A stretch of DNA of 64,000 nucleotides from Balanoglossus misakiensis. Lineage: Eukaryota > Animalia > Hemichordata. The DNA lies in NCBI GenBank assembly GCA_040954595.2, contig CM082588.2, positions 2,053,027 through 2,117,026 of the forward strand. Direction: 5' to 3'. This document shows positions 25,360 to 38,023 of this stretch, piece by piece. The notes below the pieces were generated by a model. That model searched no databases, was not told the origin of the DNA, and was given only the letters and a program-made list of their open reading frames with translations. The first letter of the stretch is position 1. Every line of letters starts with the position of its first letter. A program made the translations under genes and the position numbers.

Positions 25360-25690
25360 ATCAGTGACGTCAGAAATGACGACATGACGGTAACGCCCTA
25401 TAACAAGGGAAACTAATGTCTTTTGGAAATGTCACTTACACTCCAGTGTCTACACTGTGGTGGGCTGTTCATTAAGGCGATCCTTCCAGGAAGGGCGATA
25501 ACTGCGCAAATGGCTAAATTTAGAAGGGATTGACGTCACTCGATTTAAGCGAGCGTTCTGGTCTATTTCTTGGCAACCTAACTGAGTCGGGGCGGAGGAG
25601 ACGTGAATAATTCTGGTCGACACAGCGGCGGCGCTCTACTGAGATTTCAACGAACGGTATTGTGGGATGTAGTTAATTTTCCGCCTTGAG
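25360..25690. promoter_or_regulatory. promoter-like motif cluster with no adjacent coding gene
   Basis: CRE TGACGTCA at 25365 and 25531; RFX half-site TTGGCAAC at ~25570; GC-box GGGGCGGAG at 25589; ZNF143/THAP11-like ACTACA-TCCCA (reverse) at 25661-25674. Confidence 0.4.
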
Positions 25691-27509
25691 CGAAAGAAAT
25701 TTGTGTCTTCGAAAGTTATTTCGGTCATTGGAAGTGAGAGTTTTATCTGTATAAATTTAAGTTGTGTCCACCAAAATTAGAACTGTACCCGAAAAATTTT
25801 TAATTCAGTGTCCTTAAAACAGTTTCCGTCCGAATAGGCCTAGGTCAGAGTGATCTGTGTGATTTCGACATTAGTAATTATTCCTTTTTTTATTAAATCA
25901 TAATTTGTTTCCAGTTCCACTATTAATTATTTCATTGATTACTATAAGGACCCACTATATCAAATATTCCGCTCGCGGAATATAAAATTATCATCTAACC
26001 CTAACGTCAGATTAAAGAAATTAAATTTTGCGACACGCGATTGAAGCCATGAATAGGCAACTGATTTAACAAAACGTGATGAATTGAAGACGAATGCATG
26101 CACTACAAATATAGCAGTGCTCGGTGAAATATTCACGCTGAAATTTCCGGCTCTTTAGAAACCGTTGCCGGGACAACAGCGCGCGAGTGACGGGGCACGC
26201 TAATTTGAAGGAACTGCGCTCACGACTGAGCCACACTGGGGTCCGGCAATTAACTGGCAGTGGAGAACTCATTGATATAGTAACTAGCGAGGCCGTACAA
26301 ATACAGAAGGCAGGCAAAAAAGTCATCTATTTCATGTACGAAAACTGAATTCGAGGCATTTAACAGGAAATCACCTTCGTCGTGTTTTTCATCTTTGCCA
26401 AAGCGTCAGACGATATTTGAATGAAGCCTGCCACGGGTGCCTGGGGAGTTTTATATTTTCTGGTGTAATTATACGATAAGCATGGACGTCTCTGTTACTT
26501 TCATGGGATAAGATATTGCATTATTTTAGTTATTGATAAAAACAGCAACAGTGGAGGACGATATGGCAGACGGACTTCGATTCCGTGTTCTAAACGACTG
26601 CATGTCACGTACATTATAGAGTTAAGAACTGACCAATCCGGTTGCACCGACTTTGATGGTGTCAGCCAATTACATGTGGAGTTGGAACGACAGAGAAGCG
26701 TGCAGAGGGGAGAAACATGAGATATCGCAGCAGTCAAAAAGTCAGTCTGGTGAGAAATACGCTGCACCGCTAAGCGAGATTAACGTTTTCATAAAAGAGT
26801 ATGGGTTTTACAACAGCAACAAAAACACGACGTCTGGTTGATTATTTTTGAACGATGACTGGCTATAGTCACAATGGAAAATTTACATCGCACACATGCA
26901 GGTAGCAACGTATGGGTGGCCATCGTCACGCGCTCAGATCTATTTATGTGTATCTTAAACAGTGCCTGCAAATACTACGAAATAAGTTTTTTATGTGTGT
27001 GTCGTCACGGTCGTAGGTTACTACAGTGGTATGGGCATGCTAACACTCAGCTCGTGTTGTTCAGGAAGACTGAGCAACCACGACCCTCATTCCATAAAGA
27101 AAATGCCAGGCATAAACACACTTAATAAGCCAGTCACACACGCAATGGTCTAATGTTAATCACCTGCGTATGGATTAATGTTTAATAAACCAAGTAATTA
27201 ACTCCGATCGCGTGTCATTCCCGACATCGATCTGCATGTTTTTAGAATCGACCGAAATAATAAATTAATACCAGTTATTCTCATTTTTAGAAATTAAACT
27301 TGCAAATTTGCACTATAATTAGTATCCGTCCCGATTAACCAAGCCACACAAATTCATTGTCGCTTTGTGCTCTTTAAGTATAGGGCACTTATTGAGAAAG
27401 TCGGCAGAACCGTGACTTTGTGAATGTCTTCATGAAAATTTTCCCGAATTCAACCAAGGTGGTTGCACAGGTACACTGTTATCACTCGTCGCCTGCCAAG
27501 ATAAAAATT

Positions 27510-27565
27510 TGATGATTGATCGATCGATTGATTGATTGACTGACTGGCTGACTGACTGACTGACT
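27510..27565. repeat. (GATT/GACT)n microsatellite
   Basis: Directly visible. Confidence 0.8.
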
Positions 27566-29445
27566 TTAAATTGAAAGATACGTGTCATCCGACCCAGGAT
27601 AATTGCTGGGCTGTGTTAGGCGCTCACCAGTCGAACTAAGAAATGTGGCACAATGCAGAGACTATAAATGGAATCCCATCGAGTCGTGTTCAGGAATGAG
27701 GGTACTGCCATTCAGGGTTGCCCCGTTTTAGAATGGCATGTTGTCGCGCCGTGGAAAATTAACACCTCGAGGTGATAGAGGAAAAGGGGTGGGGGGGGGG
27801 GGGATGCAGCCTGAGCAACGGCCACTCGAATGTTGAATATATTCTTTTGAGAAATATCGATCAAACACTTAGTTCTGACGCGGTCACGAGCTGGGGTGTC
27901 TGGCATAATGCTCAAATAATCCGTACAATTTTAATTTTGGCATTTTGAACAAGATTGTCAAATAATAAAGGTCGCTGCCTATATTGTATACGCGCATGGC
28001 AAATACGGTAGCAGCTGTGCGCGAGCGACTGAAATTAGACCGTGTACACTCTCTCTCTTCAGGAACATATATTGAGTGACAGAAACGCTGGACTATATTC
28101 AGCAGACGAGTAGCGTTTTAGAAAATGTCAAACCCTGAACAACAGAGTCAAAAGACTCAAGTTGAAATTCAATGAAAACGCATAAACTTAGGACGCAAAG
28201 CACTGTAGACTTTAATCCAACTTTTTTTTCTACGTATCGTAAGCTGGACGGTACGGTCCTCTTGCGTTTACAGCATATTGTTACACAGTACATGTACATC
28301 CAGGTGCCGATATCGCTAAAAGGAGAATGGAACGTGTGGTGTTAAAAATTACATTTACGAGGCCAACACCTGGTCAGGAGTGTTTTCGAAAACAGTACAT
28401 GTCACAATACGAACGGTCTGTGTTGGCCTGCTTGTAGCAAAGGCATATGCACAGTTCACATCAAGAGAATAAACATAGTTATCTTTTTATGGTGATCTCT
28501 TGTTCTTCTCATATTGTGTAGCCTACCCTCATATTTGTTCTGTCGTGAAAATAGAACCAGCTCGCTCGGCAAGGTGAATTTTCACGAACGCCCTCTACAG
28601 TACAAGATTGGTCAGCTCATGTGATTGGCCACGAATTCGTCTCTATTATTAAGATTCCCTATTTCCAGTGATAACATTCGAATCAACCGCGGTCAAAGGC
28701 AAATGCAACACCCGACATTAACATACACGAAGCAACAATCAAACGTATCATGGCCGTCATGCACACCCGTTCCGTACTGTTTCCTTGACAACGGCCACTC
28801 TGTAAAGGGAGAGAGGTTCCATGATTGCCACGAATCACGTCGATGGAAAAAAACAATAGAAACGATATTTTTTGTAATTGAATCAAACTAAGATATTAAT
28901 AGATAATAGACGTGTGACAACGTTGTCCTAAAATTATGCACGCGAGGAAGAAACCTGATTGCATTGAAAACATTCCTCCTCCTACACAGGCATTGTTACC
29001 ATGGTAACACAGAGAACAAGACACCTGAGGGAGTTGGTATTTCGAAGATAATGCGACTTCGTCCAGGGATTATTCGAAGAGATGTGATACCGAGATATGA
29101 CTGTCTGAAGTGTCAACGTACGTGCAAAGATGCGAGTTGTGTGACAGAGTTACTTGATACGTTTATCGGAAAGAGCTGTCAATGTATGTTGTCATCGTGC
29201 GAGTGGATATTTGCGCGGTGACACCTCGGGCGGAGTATAGAGATAGACAGCCGATAATGCCATCCGTTCGAACATATCATAGCCTTGGTGTTTGTTGCAG
29301 CGCGGATATTTGACATTGTTTAGTGAAGTCAAGTGAATGCATTGCTGATTACCCCCAGGATACGGAGAAACCACATCACGTATTAGAACGACAAACAACA
29401 TTCATGTACGTGTATAAAGTCGCGTAAACTACTGACTTCTTGAAA

Positions 29446-29926
29446 GAAACTAAATTTCAAGCTGAGCATGGTTTGGGCACATGGCAATCTATACTTGCAG
29501 TACATTAAGTCGTTGGGGGCGCTATACTCAAAACTTTAAATACGACTGCATACTTGAACCATATGTAAGGGGTACCCTGCAATGTTTGAATAGAGCTCCA
29601 ATGATGCTTATGATACTTCCTTAAACGGACAGTACTCATCCTAGTCCATTGTTATTAGTTAAGACAAAATACAAAATGGCTGCCCTGTAAATCTACTTGT
29701 ATTACTAATGGCTGGAGTTAGAAAACTCTCTGGATGCTCTCAATAATTAATTTCTGTACTCAAATAAATTCTGCCCTTCATCTTTTTTCTTAAGTAATTT
29801 AATCATTCATTTTTATTTGTCAAATGACTGATTCTGCACTTGTAGAGAAACTAAATTTCAAGCACGATTTGGCACAGGTAATCTACACACTTTAAAATAC
29901 ATCACAGGTCGTTGGGGGCGCTATAC
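29446..29926 (+). repeat. diverged ~80-bp direct repeat, two copies ~400 bp apart
   Basis: GAAACTAAATTTCAAGC...GTCGTTGGGGGCGCTATAC at ~29446-29528 and ~29847-29926. Confidence 0.7.
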
Positions 29927-30929
29927 CAAAGAGTAAAGCAGACATTTGTGTCAAAACAATTTTGAGGTATTCAAAATTGTGCACTGTAATGACCTCATCT
30001 TGTATTCTCAATTTTAAGAGAGAATAATCTTTGCCTTGAGCAAAATATGTGTAAAAGTATAAGATTTTCATTTTGGGTGTGCGTACTACCGCAAAAGAGC
30101 AGTTTGGAAGCATGGGTACTATTTATACAGGGAAGAAATGGAAAACAACACAGCATATTCTCAATAAATCATTAATTTTTTATTCATGGTAAAATGCCCC
30201 ATTATCAGCACCTAAGACCGCCCAGGAAAAACCAGGAAATATAACCCTGGAAACCTGAATCCGACACAATGTCAGACGTGCCTAGGGGAGGATGTCGGGT
30301 GTCATCCAAGATAAACATTAATGGAACAAAGCCGCTAACTTGTAGCACAACAAATAAAATCACCAGATGAATTGGAGGTAACTAGCGGAAACTTATGTCT
30401 TACCGACTTTGTCCCCCCTCCCCCTAAAGTATTACTTCCATACAGTGATATACTAGTATACATAAATTTTAAACCCTGTGTCATCTGGTAAAACACACAT
30501 AAAAACTTAAACCATTGTGCTGGGTTTATGGGGATGTGACTTCAATGACGTAAAGGGGGTGAACGTGGATTGGATGTTGAGTGATAACAACTTTGTAAAT
30601 TGAAACTTTGAAAACTATAACAATTAGCATGGATAGAGGAAAAGGTTTAGCTTTAAATGAACATGTAATATATGAAATGTAAATAAAATTATCGTGATAA
30701 ATTCAATATACATGGGATAATATGTCACAAAGGATTGATGTGTGTGTGTGTGCTCTCAGAGGTTGTGTTAGCCTCAAACTAACATCTTACATCTATGACT
30801 TAGGAAAGCTTGCTCCTACGAGTAGTATAGCTCTCTTTTCTAAGTCACAGGACCAATCGGCAACTGAATAAGACATAATTGGTGCAATGTGTCTCGGTTT
30901 TATTGAGACATCCACAGCTTACAATAGCT

Positions 30930-30943
30930 GCGCCCCCTAGCGG
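30930..30943 (-). promoter_or_regulatory. strong CTCF consensus site
   Basis: The minus strand reads GGACCGCTAGGGGGCGCAG, closely matching the CTCF core CCASYAGRKGGCRS. Confidence 0.55.
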
Positions 30944-31447
30944 TCCAGTGACAGTATATTATATTCAATGTCTTGAATTTCATTTTGATTTCCACAGCAA
31001 TTTATTTGCAGAAGCAAATGCCAATTGATCAATTAAAATAGCATTAGGGCAAAGACATTGTCACGGAACCATGAGCAGAATTCATTGCAAAATTTTAGTT
31101 TTAATTTTTACAAGTTTTGGGGTTGCTTTGTCAGCAGCAGTTTAGACAACCTTTCTGTTGTCGCTTAAACAAACAGAAGTATCCAAATTGAAAACATTTT
31201 TAAAATTTAGTGATTTCCAATACTGCTCCCAGCTTTCGAAGAGAAAAGGGGATAGAGAGAGGAAAGAGGATAATTGATTGTATCATTGATACAATCAATT
31301 ATATGCAAGAGTGAAGATGCAATGTATGCATGCCATTCCAGAAAGCTAGAAAATGGAAATAGTATGCATTCATAAGCAATAGAGAGAGAGATACATGTAT
31401 TGAAGCTAAATCAACTCACACCTATCAGGTCTTGAGAGAGCAAGTCT

Positions 31448-31695
31448 AATCCAATTTTGGTTAATTTCAGTAAATTACATTAAGTTTAAACATGGTCGTC
31501 CAACTTTGTAATTGTATACATTTTGTCTTAAACAATTCAATCCAATTTTGATCAATTTGAATAAATTACATTAAGTTTAAACATGGTTGTCCAACTTTGT
31601 ATATAAAACAATTCAATCCAATTTTGATCAATTTCAATAAATTACATTAAGTTTAAACATGGTTGTCCAACTTTTAATTGAATACATTTTGACTT
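31448..31695 (+). repeat. three diverged tandem copies of a 77-90-bp AT-rich unit
   Basis: AATCCAATTTTG..AATTT...TAAATTACATTAAGTTTAAACATGGT.GTCCAACTTT at ~31448, 31538 and 31615. Confidence 0.85.
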
Positions 31696-32088
31696 TATAA
31701 AGTTTTCAAATTGCCCATATCCCTTCAGCTACACCATTACCATTGAGCCTAAAATATTAATGTTAGTTGTTACGCGCAAGTTACTATGTTAGTGGTTACG
31801 CTTATAATTAGGCTGAAATGGTAAATCCGAAGATCACTGGACCCACAAGTTATGGAGTTAAAGCATGAACGCTGCGGCCGCATATGTGGAAAATCCATTG
31901 ATCTTCAGACTGGCTGATCACTGAAAATTTGATGTGCATATCAATAAATAAAAATCCCCATACGACATTAAATAGGCATCATTCTGCCAGAAGTTGGACA
32001 AGTTGGACTTGACATCAATTTGCTTTGTGCTTGAATAAAAAAGAAATCGCTTACTTTTGAGTAAAATTTTGAAGTCATTTGAGATACA

Positions 32089-35000
32089 GTAAAAATTAGT
32101 CAATTTGTGTATAATTGTAAAATATTAACTTGCTCTCTCGTTGACATTACAATCTACTGTTACACTACAAAATACAATAATTAAAACTGACAATAAAATG
32201 TTCATCATTAACAGTAACTACAATCTTCTGGTTTCTTCTTGGGCTGTATAAACCAAAGCATCTGATTTTCCAGTGAAGTGGGCACCATATCCAGTCTTGT
32301 TCTTTTCCATTACCAGTCTAGCTGTTTTCCAGTGAAGTGGGCACCATATCCAGTCTTGTTCTTCTCCATTACCAGTCTAGCTGTTTTCCAGTGAAGTGGG
32401 CACCATATCCAGTCTTGTTCTTCTCCATTACCAGTCTAGCTGTTTTCCAGTGAAGTGGGCACCATATCCAGTCTTGTTCTTCTCCATTACCAGTCTAGCT
32501 GTTTTCCAGTGAAGTGGGCACCATATCCAGTCTTGTTCTTTTCCATTACCAGTCTAGCTGTTTTCCAGTGAAGTGGGCACCATATCCAGTCTTGCTCTTC
32601 TCCATTACCAGTCTAGCTGTTTTCCAGTGAAGTGGGCACCGTATCCAGTCTTGTTCTTCTCCATTACCAGTCTAGCTGTTTTCCAGTGAAGTGGGCACCA
32701 TATCCAGTCTTGTTCTTCTCCATTACCAGTCTAGCTGTTTTCCAGTGAAGTGGGGCACCATATCCAGTCTTGTTCTTTTCCATTACCAGTCTAGCTGTTT
32801 TCCAGTGAAGTGGGCACCATATCCAGTCTTGTTTTTTCCATTACTAGTCTAGCTGTAAAAAATAGTCAATTTGTGTATAATTGTAAAATATTAACTTGCT
32901 CTCTCTTTGACATTACAATCTACTGTTACACTACAAAATACAATAATTAAAACTGACAATAAAATGTTCATCATTAACAGTAACTACAATCTTCTGGTTT
33001 CTTCTTGGGCTGTATAAACCAAAGCATCTGATTTTCCAGTGAAGTGGGCACCATATCCAGTCTTGTTCTTTTCCATTACCAGTCTAGCTGTTTTCCAGTG
33101 AAGTGGGCACCATATCCAGTCTTGTTCTTTTCCATTACCAGTCTAGCTGTTTTCCAGTGAAGTGGGCACCATATCCAGTCTTGTTCTTCTCCATTACCAG
33201 TCTAGCTGTTTTCCAGTGAAGTGGGCACCATATCCAGTCTTGTTCTTCTCCATTACCAGTCTAGCTGTTTTCCAGTGAAGTGGGCACCATATCCAGTCTT
33301 GTTCTTCTCCATTACCAGTCTAGCTGTTTTCCAGTGAAGTGGGCACCATATCCAGTCTTGTTCTTCTCCATTACCAGTCTAGCTGTTTTCCAGTGAAGTG
33401 GGCACCATATCCAGTCTTGTTCTTCTCCATTACCAGTCTAGTTGTTTTCCAGTGAAGTGGGCACCATATCCAGTCTTGTTCTTCTCCATTACCAGTCTAG
33501 CTGTTTTCCAGTGAAGTGGGCACCATATCCAGTCTTGTTCTTTTCCATTACCAGTCTAGCTGTTTTCCAGTGAAGTGGGCACCATATCCAGTCTTGTTCT
33601 TTTCCATTACCAGTCTAGCTGTAAAAAATAGTCAATTTGTGTATAATTGTAAAATATTAACTTGCTCTCTCTTTGACATTACAATCTACTGTTACACTAC
33701 AAAATACAATAATTAAATCTGACAATAAAATGTTCATCATTAACAGTAACTACAATCTTCTGGTTTCTTCTTGGGCTGTATAAACCAAAGCATCTGATTT
33801 TCCAGTGAAGTGGGCACCATATCCAGTCTTGTTCTTTTCCATTACCAGTCTAGCTGTTTTCCAGTGAAGTGGGCACCATATCCAGTCTTGTTCTTCTCCA
33901 TTACCAGTCTAGCTGTTTTCCAGTGAAGTGGGCACCATATCCAGTCTTGTTCTTCTCCATTACCAGTCTAGCTGTTTTCCAGTGAAGTGGGCACCATATC
34001 CAGTCTTGTTCTTCTCCATTACCAGTCTAGCTGTTTTCCAGTGAAGTGGGCACCATATCCAGTCTTGTTCTTCTCCATTACCAGTCTAGCTGTTTTCCAG
34101 TGAAGTGGGCACCATATCCAGTCTTGTTCTTCTCCATTACCAGTCTAGCTGTTTTCCAGTGAAGTGGGCACCATATCCAGTGTTGTTCTTCTCCATTACC
34201 AGTCTAGCTGTTTTCCAGTGAAGTGGGCACCATATCCAGTCTTGTTCTTCTCCATTACCAGTCTAGCTGTTTTCCAGTGAAGTGGGCACCATATCCAGTC
34301 TTGTTCTTCTCCATTACCAGTCTAGCTGTTTTCCAGTGAAGTGGGCACCATATCCAGTCTTGTTCTTTTCCATTACCAGTCTAGCTGTTTTCCAGTGAAG
34401 TGGGCACCATATCCAGTCTTGTTCTTTTCCATTACCAGTCTAGCTGTAAAAAATAGTCAATTTGTGTATAATTGTAAAATATTAACTTGCTCTCTCTTTG
34501 ACATTACAATCTACTGTTACACTACAAAATACAATAATTTAAACTGACAATAAAATGTTCATCATTAACAGTAACTACAATCTTCTGGTTTCTTCTTGGG
34601 CTGTATAAACCAAAGCATCTGATTTTCCAGTGAAGTGGGCACCATATCCAGTCTTGTTGTTTTCCATTACCAGTCTAGCTGTTTTCCAGTGAAGTGGGCA
34701 CCATATCCAGTCTTGTTCTTTTCCATTACCAGTCTAGCTGTTTTCCAGTGAAGTGGGCACCATATCCAGTCTTGTTCTTCTCCATTACCAGTCTAGCTGT
34801 TTTCCAGTGAAGTGGGCACCATATCCAGTCTTGTTCTTCTCCATTACCAGTCTAGCTGTTTTCCAGTGAAGTGGGCACCATATCCAGTCTTGTTCTTCTC
34901 CATTACCAGTCTAGCTGTTTTCCAGTGAAGTGGGCACCATATCCAGTCTTGTTCTTCTCCATTACCAGTCTAGCTGTTTTCCAGTGAAGTGGGCACCATA

Positions 35001-36086
35001 TCCAGTCTTGTTCTTCTCCATTACCAGTCTAGCTGTTTTCCAGTGAAGTGGGCACCATATCCAGTGTTGTTCTTCTCCATTACCAGTCTAGCTGTTTTCC
35101 AGTGAAGTGGGCACCATATCCAGTCTTGTTCTTCTCCATTACCAGTCTAGCTGTTTTCCAGTGAAGTGGGCACCATATCCAGTCTTGTTCTTCTCCATTA
35201 CCAGTCTAGCTGTTTTCCAGTGAAGTGGGCACCATATCCAGTCTTGTTCTTTTCCATTACCAGTCTAGCTGTTTTCCAGTGAAGTGGGCACCATATCCAG
35301 TCTTGTTCTTTTCCATTACCAGTCTAGCTGTAAAAAATAGTCAATTTGTGTATAATTGTAAAATATTAACTTGCTCTCTCTTTGACATTACAATCTACTG
35401 TTACACTACAAAATACAATAATTTAAACTGACAATAAAATGTTCATCATTAACAGTAACTACAATCTTCTGGTTTCTTCTTGGGCTGTATAAACCAAAGC
35501 ATCTGATTTTCCAGTGAAGTGGGCACCATATCCAGTCTTGTTGTTTTCCATTACCAGTCTAGCTGTTTTCCAGTGAAGTGGGCACCATATCCAGTCTTGT
35601 TCTTTTCCATTACCAGTCTAGCTGTTTTCCAGTGAAGTGGGCACCATATCCAGTCTTGTTCTTCTCCATTACCAGTCTAGCTGTTTTCCAGTGAAGTGGG
35701 CACCATATCCAGTCTTGTTCTTCTCCATTACCAGTCTAGCTGTTTTCCAGTGAAGTGGGCACCATATCCAGTCTTGTTCTTCTCCATTACCAGTCTAGCT
35801 GTTTTCCAGTGAAGTGGGCACCATATCCAGTCTTGTTCTTCTCCATTACCAGTCTAGCTGTTTTCCAGTGAAGTGGGCACCATATCCAGTCTTGTTCTTT
35901 TCCATTACCAGTCTAGCTGTTTTTCAGTGAAGTGGACACCATATCCAGTCTTGCTGTTTTCCATAACCAGTCTAGCTGTTTTCCGATGCAGTGGGAACCA
36001 TATCCAGTCAGTTTTCCAGCGGAGTGGGAACCATATCCAGTCCAGCTGATTTCCAGTGAAGTGGGATCCATATCCAGTCTAGCTGT
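32089..36086 (+). repeat. higher-order tandem repeat: five units of [176-bp AT-rich linker + n x 59-bp monomer], n = 10, 10, 11, 12, 7, plus a degenerate tail
   Basis: Monomer TTTTCCAGTGAAGTGGGCACCATATCCAGTCTTGTTCTTCTCCATTACCAGTCTAGCTG. Linkers start at ~32090, 32856, 33622, 34447 and 35331 (periods 766, 766, 825, 884). Degenerate ~35-bp units occupy 35920-36086. Confidence 0.97.
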
Positions 36087-36459
36087 AATAACTTACAAGC
36101 ATGCATTGAAAGAGACAAAATAAACATCTTTGAATCCATCACCTCTGTATGCGTTGTTGAAATTTGCTTTAACGATTCGACACTTTACCTGGTGAGTACC
36201 ACTTTTCACATCTTTACCTGGAAACCCGTACATGTACATCATCCCAGCCACAGAAATCTGCAATCTGTAATAACTTACAAGAAACTGTTAAGCATGCATT
36301 GTGTTTTACAAACCCCCTCTGCTTTACTTTACCAAACTTTAATTAGTATCTGAAATGAAGAAGAAAAAATATGTTACATCATCTGTTGGGATATTTGAAG
36401 AGAATTTCATGAAAAATACTGATCACCATTAAACAACCATCAATTCAAACAGCCAATGT

Positions 36460-37790
36460 ATCTTTATCCCCATTTATCTTAAGCACCCAATATTAGTTTT
36501 ACCCTTGATAACCCCTACACATCTCTCTATTCTCCTTTGGGAGAAGGAAAAGTATTTTACACAATATTACACATTTATAGCAATATATTTGCTGTTGCTA
36601 TAGACACCACACTATGTATACAACTCCCCTTTATCTTAAGTATCCAAGTTTACCCTTGATTAACCCAACACATCTCCCTATTCTCCTCTGGAGAATGAAA
36701 AGTTTTTTTGCACAATATTACAAATTTATAGCAATATATTTGCTGTTGCTATAGACACCACACTTTGTTTACAACCCCCTTTAACTTAAGCACCCAATTT
36801 TACCCTTGATTAACCCAAGACATCTCCCTATTCTCCTCTGGAGAATGAAAAGTTTTTTACACAATATTACACATTTATAGCAATATATTTGCTGTTTCTA
36901 TAGACACCACACTATGTATACAACCCCCCTTTATCTTAAGTATCCAATTTTACCCTTGATTAACCCAACACATCTCCCTATTCTCCTTTGGGAGAATGAA
37001 AAGTTTTTTTGCACAATATGACACATTTATAGCAATATATTTGCTGTTGCTATAGACACCACACTATGTTTACAACCCCCTTTATCTTAAGCACCCAATT
37101 TTACCCTTGATTAACCCAACACATCTCCCTATTCTCCTTTGGGAGAATGAAAAGTTTTTTTGCACAATATTACACATTTATAGCAATATATTTGCTGTTG
37201 CTATAGACACCACACTTTGTTTACAACCCCCCTTTATCTTAAGCACCCAATTTTACCCTTGATTAACCCAACACATCTCCCTATTCTCCTTTGGGAGAAT
37301 GAAAAGTTTTTTTGCACAATATTACACATTTATAGCAATATATTTGCTGTTGCTATAGATACCACACTTTGTTTACAACCCCCCTTTATCTTAAGCACCC
37401 AATTTTACCCTTGATTAACCCAACACATCTCCCTATTCTCCTTTGGGAGAATGAAAAGTTTTTTTGCACAATATTACACATTTATAGCAATATATTTGCT
37501 GTTGCTATAGACACCACACTATGTTTACAACCCCCCTTTATCTTAAGCACCCAATTTTACCCTTGATTAACCCAACACATCTCCCTATTCTCCTTTGGGA
37601 GAATGAAAAGTTTTTTTGCACAATATTACACATTTATAGCAATATATTTGCTGTTGCTATAGACACCACACTTTGTTTACAACCCCCCTTTATCTTAAGC
37701 ACCCAATTTTACCCTTGATAACCCCAACACATCTCCCTATTCTCCTTTGAGAGAATGAAAAGTTTTTAACACAATATATACATTTATATT
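36460..37790 (+). repeat. 150-152-bp minisatellite, ~9 copies
   Basis: The TTAAGCACCC/TTAAGTATCC anchor recurs at ~36479, 36636, 36786, 36936, 37087, 37239, 37391, 37543 and 37695. Identical short ORFs recur at 152-bp spacing. Confidence 0.95.
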
Positions 37791-38023
37791 TAATATGAAA
37801 ATTTCCCAACCCCTTTCAATTGCACTTTTTAAGATATCAAAACCATATCAGTTATTACACATGGGTCTAAACTACTAACCAATCACAAAGTCAATTGTAT
37901 CAAAATGAAGTCTGCCTACCTCTGATTGGTTAAACCACAAGAACAAAAGACACGTCATCACCAGGCGCCGAGTTGTCGTCGCGTCACTGAGATTCTTCGC
38001 TCGTTGGCAACAATTTCTCCCGC

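Noticed and set aside
32089-36086. CRISPR-like array
   Set aside because: Monomers are contiguous and near-identical with no unique spacers, there are no cas genes, and the context is eukaryotic.
33516-37718. Repeated short ORFs (MGTISSLVLF..., MFTTPLYLKH...)
   Set aside because: These are translations of satellite units with mostly non-ATG starts and no splice or promoter support.
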